A stretch of DNA of 64,000 nucleotides from Blastocystis sp. Blastoise. Its lineage: Eukaryota > Protista > Bigyra: Opalinata. Position numbers and translations under genes: made by a program. Shown here piece after piece: positions 1-11,713 of this stretch (its first letter is position 1; every line of letters begins with the position of its first letter). The notes beneath the pieces were generated by a model, which did not search any database, was not told the DNA's origin, and saw nothing but the letters and a program-made list of their open reading frames with translations. The DNA is taken from NCBI GenBank assembly GCA_039096225.1, contig JBBPEB010000002.1:310001-374000 (forward strand), given 5' to 3'.

Positions 1-1273
1 TATATTAAATATATTAATAATAATATATATATATATATATATACCCTCCCATGGCATTAGGAAGACCAGCATTTGGATAGCAATGTAAGCAGCATTCAGC
101 TATATGACTTAATCGTTCTAAAAATGGTTTCATAAGAGGAGCTCCAAGAGAACAATTGAGGCCTATAGCTATAGGATTACAGTGTTTTGTAGATATATAG
201 AATGCCTCAGGGGTCTGACCAGATAAATTACGACCTGATATATCGACTAAAGTACAGGATAATATTATAGGAGGCAAATAATCGTGGGAATCAGACCATT
301 TCTCAATAGCATAAAGAGCAGCTTTCGCATTTAATGTATCAAAAACAGTTTCAACCTACATATAATAATAAGCATATATTAATAATACTACTATATATAT
401 ATATATATACCATAAGTATATCTACTCCTCCTTCCATAAGGGTCTCAACTTGTTCATAATAAGCATCTACCTATATATATATAAACATATATATATATTA
501 CATATATATACATATAATATATATTACATATATATATAAACATATATATATAAACATATATATATAAACACATATAATATATATATATATATACTAGTTG
601 ATCAAAAGTGATATTTCTCTTCGACGGATCTTCAACATCAGGAGAGAGAGAAGCTGTCTTGTTCATGGGACCTATAGAACCAGCAGCAAAACGAGGACGA
701 GAAGGAGTTATTTGAGAATACTTCTTACATGCTATAGATATTTATTTAAGTAGTCATAAAATAACCAAGATACAAAAAAAAAACAAAAAAAAAAGGTATT
801 TCATACAAAAACAACTTCATATATCTATATAAACATCATGAAATACCTTCTTTGCAAGATCTAGCAGCTTTTAAGTTGATTTCACGAACATAACTTTCAG
901 TTCCATAATCAGATTGAGGAACTCTTGTTCCATTGAAAGTATTTGTTTCAATAATATCACTACCAGCTTCAAGATACATTTCATAAATATCACGAATAGC
1001 TTGAGGTTGTGTAAGATTCAAAAGCTCATTATTTCCTTTGACATTACATTTCCAGTCTTTGAATATCTCACCTCGATAGTCATCTTCAGTAAACTTGTTT
1101 TTCTAGAATAAAAAAATGTGAATTTAATACTTAAAAGATAGAATTCAAATAATTACTTGAATCATAGTTCCCATCGCACCATCAAAAAACATAATATGAT
1201 CACTCATTGCTTTTATGAGATAGTCTCGAGTAGACATCTCACCATTAAGATACTTTTTTGTTATTTCTTCCAT
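1..1273 (-). CDS. MTR: Cobalamin-dependent methionine synthase, N-terminal homocysteine-binding domain (spliced; continues off the left edge)
   Basis: GT-AG spliced exons give [105 protein letters not shown] and [12 protein letters not shown], all MetH motifs. Confidence 0.95.
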
Positions 1274-2032
1274 TTCTATATATAGAGATCACGATTCTAG
1301 ATTGTTTCGCAATATTAATTTATCAAAACAAGTACTTTACAGAAACCTTTGAGTCAATCAAAACGTTATCCTTTAAAACGGAAAATTACAACTTTTCCAG
1401 TATTTGAAACCATTAAACCACAATTCTAATTCTTTTTGCTAGAAGAGACAAATGACATACTTATAATACAATTGAATATATTCATATGAAAATCCATTAC
1501 TAGAAGCATCCAAACAAACGTTATTGAGACGAAATTAACAATATACGATGATCATAATTGCACTGTTATGTTACATAAGTATATTGGATATATGGTAAAT
1601 GGTAATTTATTAATGGATTCAATTGTTATAGCTCATTATGAACTGCTATTAAACATTTTCGCGTCAAAAGTCGATAGTTATTCTTCTTAAAATATCTTAC
1701 AAGTGTGTGTAATAATATATTAATGATACCAAGTAGGTTTAAAGAGTTATATATATTTATTTTATGAACTCATTAGGAAATAATCATGTCTTAGGGTTTT
1801 CTTTTTACGTTGTATGAGTGATAGATAACTTTTTAAAGCATGACGGATTATTTAACTACACTATTTTATAGACAAGAAAGTGTATTTCTCGGATTTCTTT
1901 GTCATTTTTTAATAGAGGCCATGAAGTATTTGCTAGAAACTCACTCCTATTTCATATATATTATTTTAGATGATTATGATGAATATAACAATAAATAATG
2001 AATGATTTAATAAATGGAAAAAATAAAAGAAT

Positions 2033-2116
2033 TGCCAGCTGTGGGGTTTGAACCCACGCATGCGTTCGCATAAGGGATCTTAAGTCCCCCTCCTTGGACC
2101 ACTCGGACAAACTGGC
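2033..2116 (-). tRNA. tRNA-Leu(TAA), 84 nt with long variable arm
   Basis: Reverse complement GCCAGTTTGTCCGAGTGGTCCAAGGAGGGGGACTTAAGATCCCTTATGCGAACGCATGCGTGGGTTCAAACCCCACAGCTGGCA; anticodon loop CT-TAA-GA, T-loop TTCAAAC. Confidence 0.95.
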
Positions 2117-4349
2117 TTGTTCTGTTTTTTGAATGATGTCTATTTGTATGAATTCATACTGGTTATCAAAAAATGTAAAAAGAATCACCAAGGGTTAGTC
2201 TCGACCTTTTGAACTTCTTAGAGGAAGTCACTGGTAAATTTAATACCTTTATTGTCAAGTTATACTAAATTGGCTTAAAGGATATTTTCTTTTTCTTCTA
2301 TTTAAGATGAATAAAAAGAGTTTCTTTATAATATTTCTTCCTTTTTCTTGTATAGTTTTCAAGCATATAAACTATTTAGTTGTTATAAAATTTATTATAT
2401 ATTATTTTCATATGAATATTAAGTTTTTTAATGATAATATAAACAATAACGTTGTCATAGGATCAAAATAATATATTAGATAAATAATAAACGCGTTTAA
2501 ACTAATTCTAAACTTTATCATATATTCAATATTAGTATTATATTATTGAACAAAGAGCAAATGCCTTCATTTCTAATTATTTATTTGGTAGATTTAGCTT
2601 GATTTAGTTATTTTTGAATGACAAAAATAGTATAGCAATATTTAATGCAATTATTTAAGATATTTACAGAAATAATAATTGAATTTTGTTAAAACTCTCT
2701 TGTTAATCAAGAATTAATTATTGATCACTATGGACATTTTGTGTTTTTTTGACCCTATTTCCCGTAAGAGAAACAACAAAATGACTGGGATTTTTTAATC
2801 AAAAATACGTTGGCCTAAACTCGAGAAAAGAGTGTCCGCCAACTTGTCAAGTTTCTCTCTTTTTGACGAGAAAAACTTAAAAATAACTCTACAAAATATA
2901 TTGTTTATTTATATAATCATAGACATTCTAAATATTGACTATTTTACAGTGTTTTATGATTTAAAATGACTGTTTAAAACCAAAAAGACTTTAATTTTTT
3001 CTCTGAAGTCTATAATTCAGGAATGGATTACATGAGTGACAAATTTTTTAAAGTTGTGTGTTCTCTGAGTGATGTATTATCATTTCAATCATTCTCGTCA
3101 AGTCCTTTTACAATAAAAACCATTATACAGCCTAAACCAAAACACACCTAAAAATTTCTTCTTTTTTATTTCCCAAGGAAAAAACAATAAAATGACTTGA
3201 CTTTTTTATTCATCATTTTTTAGCCTAAAGACGACAACATTTCTTTCAGCCAACTACCCTAGAAAGTCAAAACAATTAAAAATTCAAAAAAGAAAAGTAA
3301 AACGGAAGCTCTTGTTTTTGTTTATTGATTATCGTCATTAAACCTGTTTTTAAAAATATGACTTTAGAATATCATTCAGGACTTGATTTATAGTTCAGGG
3401 TATCGTTTTAAGGTTTAAAATAGCTTTTTTGAGAGAATTCATAATTATGTCCTAAACCAAGAGGAGTTGTGTGTTTTTATCATCTCTGTTGTTAGATATG
3501 TGTATACACAACATACTCAGCTTCACATAATTGTTTTTCTTGCTAGTCAAGATTTTTCACTCATTTTTAAATATTTGATTTTTAGTCTCAAAAGTGGTAT
3601 AGAGTCTCTATACATGCCTGTAAGAATCGTTTTTAATACTAAAAAGTCAAAAATATTAAAGAAAAGTGACAGTGAAAAAAGGAGGGAAAAAATACTTTTT
3701 TTGAGTTTCTTGATATTCCCGCAAAAATGATTTTTCTTTTAAGACCTGAATACACCCATACGCTATTGAGCCTATTAACTTAGAAAATATTTTCATTTGT
3801 TACTTATTTTCTTTATTTTTATTTTATTTTTATTAGCTGTTATTTTAAAAAATAGAAGTTGATTTTAACTTCAGATTATTCTCTTGTATGTATATTACTA
3901 TTTTTTATTCTTTATCAATATTAACATTCTCCCATTCTCTAGCATGTATAGGTTCCTGCTCGTCCATGGTTATAAGAGTCCTCTTCAGTCCATGTCAACA
4001 ACGTCTATGATGTCAAACTACTTTCAAAGTATATATGTATTTATTTATTTTTATAATTATCTCTAATTTTTTTCTTTGTTATATTTTTAAGTATTATATA
4101 ATAGAGTACTTATCGTATATTCATTCTATCTATTATTAGCTTTCTTTTTGTTTTTTCTTAAATTAGAATCTAATTCATTTTATTATTTATTTTCATTATT
4201 TTTATATTTTTATTTATTATTATTTATTTATTTAGGTTGTTTTCTACTGTTTCTGTTGGTTATCTTTCCCTATGACTCAACATCACCAAATTCATTTTTT
4301 TCTATTAGGTATGTTTATTTATTTATTTATTTATTTATTTATTATCTAG

Positions 4350-6359
4350 TTCTTCTTTATTTCTTCTTCTTACACAAAATGATTCCTTCTTCTCTCTTCT
4401 TCATTTTCTTCCTTCTACACTTTTATCTCCTTATTTCTTCATCTTCTTTCTTTATTACTTCTTCCTATGCCTTGTCTCCAGCCTATATCCTTGTCTCTCC
4501 CTTTGATTCATTATCTTCCTCAGATCTTCATTTTTCTTTTATTTTTTCTTCTATCTAAATTCCTTTATTTTTCTTTTTTTTAATTATACCTCTCTCTTAT
4601 CTTCGCTTCCCTTTTATATCACTCTTTCATTACTCTTTCTTAATCACTATTCTATTTACATTGTATTTCGTTATGTCTTTTTCTTTTATCCTGTTATCCT
4701 CTTCTCCTTATTCTATACTTCTTTTTCCTCGACATGTATTAGTGTATACCCTCCTTTTCTTCCTCTTCCTCTTCTTCTTCTTCTTCTTCTCCATATAATT
4801 CTTTGCTTTTTTCAGATCTTCATCTTCTTATTTATATTTATATCACTATTTATTATATATATAGTTCTCTTCTATTATTTGCCTTCCTCCTCTTCCTTCT
4901 TTCTATTCTTCTCATACTTCTTCTCTCCTCCTTCTGATTCCCTTTTTTTTACTGCCCTATTTTCCTTCTTTATCTTCCTTCTCTCCTCTTTCTGTATAAT
5001 TCTATCTCAATCTTCCTTCTCTCCCTCTCTATTCTCGTATCCATCTTTATCCTTATTCTTTTTCCATTTATTTCTCTCTGTCCCTGTCTATTTTATCTTA
5101 TATGTCTCTTTCTACCTTCTTGTTTCCTTTTATATTTCCTTCTATGTCTCCTTTTCCACTTTATATCTACTTTTTTTTCTCTCTCTCCTTCTCTCTATTA
5201 TTATATATTCTTATGTTCTAGTTATCTATTTTCTATTTTTATTTCTATCCTTTCATTCTCTATATTGTTATATCTACTTCTATTTTGTCTCTTTTCTTCT
5301 ATCTTAATCTTCTATTTAATCCTTTTATTTCTTTCTATATATCTATATCTTCTTGTCTCTAACTTCTTTCTTAATCTCTTTTATATCCTTCTATTTCTCC
5401 TTCTATCTCTCCTTCTTTCTCCTTTTCTATTTTCTTCTAACCATCTTTTTTCCTATTTTTCTCTTTCTATCCCTATTATCTCATTCTCTATCTTCTTCTA
5501 TATTCTTCTTCTTTCATCTTCTCTCCTTCTTCCTTCATCTTTCAATTTCCTTCTCTATCTTCCTTTTATCTCAGCTACTCCTTCTGTCTCAATCTTCAGT
5601 CTTTCCTTTTCTTTCTCTTTCAACATCATTCTATCTCTCTGTATTCCTATATTTCTCTTCATATTTCTCTATCCTTATCTATCTCATTCTACCTCATTTA
5701 TGTGTCTCAATCTCATTCTCTATTTCCTTCTATTTTCTCTTATCTACTTATATCTTCGTATATTTCCTTATATCTACGTATATCTACTTCTCTATCTTAT
5801 TATATCTCCTTCTAACTTAATTTACTTCCTCTTCTTCTTTTTCTCCTTCTATCTCCTCTTCTATCTCCTCTTTATTCTCCATCATCTTCTATCTACTTCT
5901 CTATTTCCATCTACATCCTTCCATCTTACTACATCTCAATCCGTTTTCTCTCCTTCTATATCCTTTTATATCCTTTTATCTCTCTTTCTCTCTTATCCTA
6001 TTTATTTTTCTTATTTCTATCCATTTCTATCTACTTTATCTTCTCTATCTCATTCTATTGTATCTATATCATTCTCTTATCTTTCTATCTCCTTCTATTT
6101 TTAATCTTTTCTATCTACTTCTCCTTCTCTATTTCCTTCTATTCACTTCTATATACATCTCATTCTTCAAATCATTCTATATTCTTCCCTTCTTCCTTTT
6201 AACTCTTGCTATTTGTTTTTATTTTAATCTACTTCTCTCTTCCCTCAATCGACTTTTATCTACTTCTCCTTCTCTGTTTGATTCTATCTCCTCTCTATCC
6301 ATATTTTCCTTTTTATTAATATTTATCTCCTTCTCTATATCTTTCGGTATTCTTCTATC

Positions 6360-6432
<73 letters not shown>

Positions 6433-8170
6433 ATATCTATCTATTTATTTATCTCAATCCCCTCTCCCCTTCTATATATTTTATTACCTTCTATGTCTCT
6501 ACCCTATTTCCCGTTTTCTTTCTGTCTCTTTCTTCTCTCATATACTATTGTTCTATCTTTTCTTTTTTTATTCTTCTTTTTTTCTTCTTTGTTTTTTCTA
6601 TTATACTTCTTTATCTTGCTTTGTCTCTCCTTCTCTCTATGTCATTCAAATTATAATTCTCTCTATCATTCCCTATCGTTTTCTTTGTATGTATTTTTCT
6701 TTCTAATTTTTTTCTATATAAATTTATCTTTCTTGATATTCACTTCCTGCTCCTTTTTTCTCCCTTCTTCGTCTCATCTTCTTTTCTTCGTCTTCCAATT
6801 CTATCTGTTTTCCTCCTCCTTCTCTATCCTTCTCAATTCCTCTCTACCTATCTTTATATTCTTTCTTTTTTATACACCTTCCCTACTCCTCTATTTCTCT
6901 TTTTATCTTTATTCTTGTATCTATTTTTATCTTATTCTCTATTTCATTTGATTTCTTTTGTATATCTCTCATTCTATATAGAATTCTATCTCTTTCTATC
7001 TAATTTCTTCTTTATGTCTCTCTTTTCTTCTTTCTTTCTATTCATCTATTAGTGTATCTATCTATTTATATCTTTGTATTTTTTTTTCTCTCTATCTATC
7101 TATCTATCTATCTATCTCTTTTATTTCTTTATATCTTTCTGTTTCTCTATATATGTTTCTTGTTTATTCTTCTTTTCTTTTCTTTCTCTTCTTCTTCATT
7201 TTCTTGTATATCTTCTTCCTATTCTTTATCTTACTTTTCTTTCTTTTTTTCACCTCCTTCCTTGTCTCTTCTTCACATTCATCCTCTTGTTCTCTTATTA
7301 ATCTATTTATTCTTTCTTATCATTATTCTATTTATTCTTCATCTTCTTGTTGTCATTATTCATTTCCTTCTTCTTATTCTTCCTTATCTTCCTTATCTTC
7401 TTATTCTTCTTCCTATTCTTCTTCTTCTTCCTTATCTTCTTCCTATTCTTCTTTTCTTCTTCTTCCTTATCTTCTTCTTATTCTTCCTTATCTTCCTTAT
7501 CTTCTTATTCTTCTTCCTATTCTTCTTCTTCTTCCTTATCTTCTTCCTATTCTTCTTTTCTTTTTCTTCTTCCTATTCTTCTTTTCTTCTTCTTCCTTAT
7601 CTTCTTCTTCTTCTTCCTTATCTTCCTTATCTTCTTCTTCTTCTTATTCTTCCTTTTCTTCTTATTCTTCTTCCTCTTCTTCTTCTTCTTCCTTTTCTTC
7701 TTCCTCTTCTTCTTTTCTTCTTCTTCCTTTTCTTCCTTATCTTCTTCCTATTCTTCTTTTCTTCTTCTTATTCTTCCTTATCTTCTTCTTATTCTTCCTT
7801 ATCTTCCTTATCTTCTTCCTTATCTTCTTCTTATTCTTCCTTATCTTCCTTATCTTCTTCCTTATCTTCCTTATCTTCTTCTTATTCTTTATCCTCTAAT
7901 CCTCTTCTCTTCTGCATTCCTTATTATTATAGATCTCTATATATCTATCTTTGTCATTTATTATAAATTATTTTTCATTTTTTTTATTAATCTCAATAAT
8001 TAAAGACCCTATCTCATTTACTTTATATTTCTTTCTCTTTTATTCTTTTTTACTTCTTTTCCCTTCTTCTAGCATCCTTTTTCACTTATACATATATAAA
8101 TATATCCTTACACATCATACTGACTCATTATTCCTACTATTTTACTTTCATTTATGTATTTTTATTCTAT
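4350..8170 (+). repeat. Polypyrimidine low-complexity tract, including (TCTA)n at ~6353-6440 and an imperfect (TTC)n/CTTATCTTC array at ~7365-7890
   Basis: Near absence of G on the + strand; overlapping F/L/S-rich ORFs in all three frames are compositional artefacts. Confidence 0.9.
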
Positions 8171-8175
8171 ATTAT

Positions 8176-8244
8176 CCTTAAGCTTATATTGGTAAGTATC
8201 TATCAGTTTATGATAGAAAACAGGTTCAATTCCTGTCTTAAGGT
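8176..8244 (+). ncRNA. tRNA-like (mascRNA-like) cloverleaf, 69 nt
   Basis: Acceptor CCTTAAG/CTTAAGG; D-arm CTTA-TATTGG-TAAG; arm CTATC-AGTTTAT-GATAG; T-arm ACAGG-TTCAATT-CCTGT; no nt 8-9 linker and no U33. Confidence 0.7.
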
Positions 8245-10084
8245 CAATTACATAACTAATTCTTTATATATAGGTATCAATAATTATATTATATTAATTT
8301 TTTCAAAAATTATCTATTCAAATAGATGAAGATAAATTAGATCAATTACTATTTTTTCTTTACATATGTATTTATTTCATCATTGAATGCATTGATAATA
8401 TATAGATCAATCAAAAATAGCATTCAAAATAATCTTTTTAACAAAAAGAGACACAATAACATTCAATTACTTCTTAAGTGTATTATAAAACAAAATAATC
8501 TTCTCAAAAGATTATTCAAGTCGTTTTATAATGAGTATATGTGAAAAATTAGTTTAGTTCAAAATAATAATTCTCATTTTTCAAAATTATATTATCAAAT
8601 GATTCTGCGTAATTTTTTTTTCATATAACCACTATACCCTTTTACACAAGAAAATAATCATTTAAATACATTTTTAAGTTGATAAACAATAAATTAAGAA
8701 TTTATTCTTGTTAAAAAACAAAATTCTTAGAAAATATTACTAGAATCATACAAATAATCAATGCAACTATTCAATTATACACCTTTAACGTGATTTAAGA
8801 CAAGTCATAAAAATGGAGATTCTCAATATTTTATATTTTTTAACTAATTGATATTTTAATAACTTTTAAACTTCATTTAAACACTAAATATGTAATATAA
8901 TATGTTTTTGTCATTTTCGAAATTAGAATATGTATTTCAAATAATTTTAGTTTTACTAAAAATCACTTAAAATGAATACACAGAGTTTGTAGACAATAAA
9001 TAAATTATGAATAAAACTATATATCGATATAAGACTTTTTTTGACAAAAAAGTGATTTTTGCATTTGTTTTATAATAAACTATCAACACGACTCCGACTA
9101 TTCAACTAAAAATATATAAAATATGATTTTTGTTTGTTTATACGTATATTTGATAATAGTAAGTCCTTGAATACTAGAAAAAGTTCTTGCTGAGTAATTA
9201 TAAAATACTATTTTGATTTGTTTTTGATATTATTTAAATGAAAAACACTATTTGCATGAAAAAATGCTTACTCTATGTATTTCAAGTCTATTTAAAGGTA
9301 TTAGAAGACTTTAACTTGATTCCAATTATTGCTTTAATTCACTTTTAAAATGTTTTTACCACTCTCTTTGTCATATTATGATAACAGATTAATAAAAAAT
9401 CGGGACAAATACATTAAAAAGATAATATTTCATAACATTTTTCGACTCTAGACCTTTTTATCTTCATTTTCTTTATTTTATAATTTTATTGAAGATATGT
9501 GATAAAACTGATTCTTTAAATAATGATTCAGGCAATCATTCTGGATTATATAAATGACTTTTATTCTGGAAATAGAAGTTTCAGAGTCTTCTCTATAAGT
9601 CTGTATTGTAACCTATATTTATTTTTTAAAAGACTTATACTTACTGAGTGATACTAAAAATAATTTTGACAATTAAGGATAAAAATCACTCTTCCATAGT
9701 CAAAACTGATTATAAAATGATATAATGATAAATAACTATATAATTCTTTAAAATAAAACAATTTTTGTATTACTTATGATAATTATGATAAATTGAAAAT
9801 AACAATAACAATATCCATTTTCCTCATAGAAATAAAATTTTTCTTTCTCTTTTATTCTTAACCATTCATTTTTCTTATGATGAAGATTCTCTATATTTAG
9901 TAGATATGAGATTATTCATGTTTATTTTCATTATTTCAGCTATATCTTCTAAATTCCTATTACACCCTTTTATAACAAAACAAAATGCTACATGACTTAT
10001 CACATATTTATTTTATTATATCTTATATGATTAATATGATATATTATTAAATTTTATTTTTATTTTATTATATATGATACTATT

Positions 10085-10760
10085 ATGATGGTAGGTGTTT
10101 GCTGTTTCTTTATATTTTATTTTTTCTACTCTATTCATTCATTTTCTATAGTAGCTGTCTCTGCTTGGTGTTTTGACACTTGCTGGTCTCCTTAAACGTT
10201 CTGGTCCTTCTTGTGTGTGGTCGTGGCTCTCTTATAGATGGGTTCTTTAGGTCTAGAATGGAAGGAATCAATGTTAAAAGAAGGTATATATCATCTATAT
10301 TATCTATTACATATTATATAACTAACCCCACTTTATATTTATATAGCATTAATGTATATATTTATATTTTATTATTCTATATTAATTTACTTTATTATAT
10401 ATTATTATATTATATAACTTACTCTATCTTTATATAGGTTTCCAGGGGTTCCGTTGCTGTCGTTGTTGTTAATTGGAGAGAATGGTTTATAAAAAGTATA
10501 TATATATATTTAATTATATTGTTTTATTCATTATACTATTTATCATATATCTTTTATAGGATGGTTCTTTGTCTTTGATTCCTTGCCTGTCTTGTAATGA
10601 TTAGAAAAGGTATATATTTTTTATTTTATTATTATTTTAAAATGTTATATATATATTATTATTAGTAATACTTAACTAATATCATCTCTTTATATAGGTT
10701 GGTTAGGCTTAAATGCAAATTAAAGACTGAAACTGTCCTGGTTGAAATATTATAAATTAA
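10085..10760 (+). ncRNA. Putative spliced non-coding or micropeptide transcript inside the CACTA element
   Basis: Four G-richer exon-like blocks separated by AT-rich GT..TAG introns (10091-10151/4, 10284-10437, 10496-10559, 10610-10697); no long spliced ORF. Confidence 0.45.
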
Positions 10761-11048
10761 ATATTATATATATTTTATTATATTATTTATTATATGTTTT
10801 ATTATCTTTTTTTTATATATTTATTATTATTGTTTTCTATTATTTGTTTTTATGATTATTTGATAATATTTAATTTGTTTGTTTTGTTATATCGTTTATT
10901 ATTACACCACAAAAAGAATAAAAAAAGCCAATAAATGAAAAAATAGAGAATATTTAAAACCATTTTTATTCGCCAATTATTGTTTTAAGGTGCGTCATAC
11001 TTTTGCACTGCTTTTCGATTTTATAAAATCACTGAAACTCTGACAAAA

Positions 11049-11260
11049 AATTTCACTGCTCACCACTGGGGAAACCAAAGCAAAAAAGTCGTTGGACCTT
11101 TTGTCAGCTACCCTTTAAAATTTTTTCACTGCTCCACCACTGGGGAAACCAAACAGAAAAATCAAATAACCTTTTGTCAGCTACATATTTAAAAATTTTC
11201 ACTGCTCACCACTGGGGAAACCAAAACAAAAAAGTCGTTGGACCTTTTGACAGAAACCTG
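11049..11260 (+). repeat. Three ~73-bp subterminal tandem repeats of the CACTA element
   Basis: Core TTTCACTGCTC(C)ACCACTGGGGAAACCAAA...CCTTTTG(T/A)CAG at ~11051, ~11124 and ~11197. Confidence 0.9.
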
Positions 11261-11522
11261 AAAAAATGTCCATAGTGGATGAGTATATATAAATGCATAG
11301 AATATATGTTTATTAAAAAACAAAGTTAGTAATATTGAAATAAAGGAAAAAAAACAATTAAATCTATTTATTATATAAATAATTTAATAAAAAAAAAGTT
11401 GTTTACACAGTATGTACTAACAGCACAAAAGTCCAAAATAAATATATTTTAGTATACAAAAAATAAATGAAAAAATAAATAAATAATACAATATTAGATA
11501 AAGAATTTCATATATAATAAAT

Positions 11523-11618
11523 TTATTCTTTGAATGCAGCTTTTAGAACATTTTTATATACTTTTTCTTCATCTTCATATATTTCTGTAAAGAATGTTTT
11601 CACTTGTTCTGGATCTCT

Positions 11619-11713
<95 letters not shown>

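Larger units (their letters stand above)
3850..8244 (+). ncRNA. Putative spliced pyrimidine-rich long non-coding RNA inside the CACTA element
   Basis: Three GT-AG intron-like segments (3886-3942, 4029-4235, 4309-4349) followed by ~3.8 kb of C/T-rich, G-poor sequence ending at a tRNA-like cloverleaf; no credible protein. Confidence 0.45.
2726..11277. mobile_element. Non-autonomous CACTA (En/Spm)-type DNA transposon, 8552 bp
   Basis: Perfect 15-bp TIR CACTATGGACATTTT (2726-2740) / AAAATGTCCATAGTG (11263-11277); 3-bp TSD GAT at 2723-2725 and 11278-11280; subterminal tandem repeats; no transposase ORF recognised. Confidence 0.9.

Noticed and set aside
7365-7900. Minus-strand GAA-rich run with in-frame TAA/TAG suggesting a Glu/Lys-rich protein in a ciliate-like code
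   Set aside because: 5-nt GAAAA units break the frame, and neighbouring genes terminate at TAA in the standard code
4148-8181. Long F/L/S/Y-rich + strand ORFs (up to 304 aa) resembling membrane proteins
   Set aside because: They overlap in all three frames and arise because G-poor pyrimidine DNA rarely forms stops; no family motifs
11049-11260. CRISPR-like repeat/spacer appearance
   Set aside because: Eukaryotic context; the intervening parts of units 1 and 3 are near-identical; no cas genes; explained as CACTA subterminal repeats
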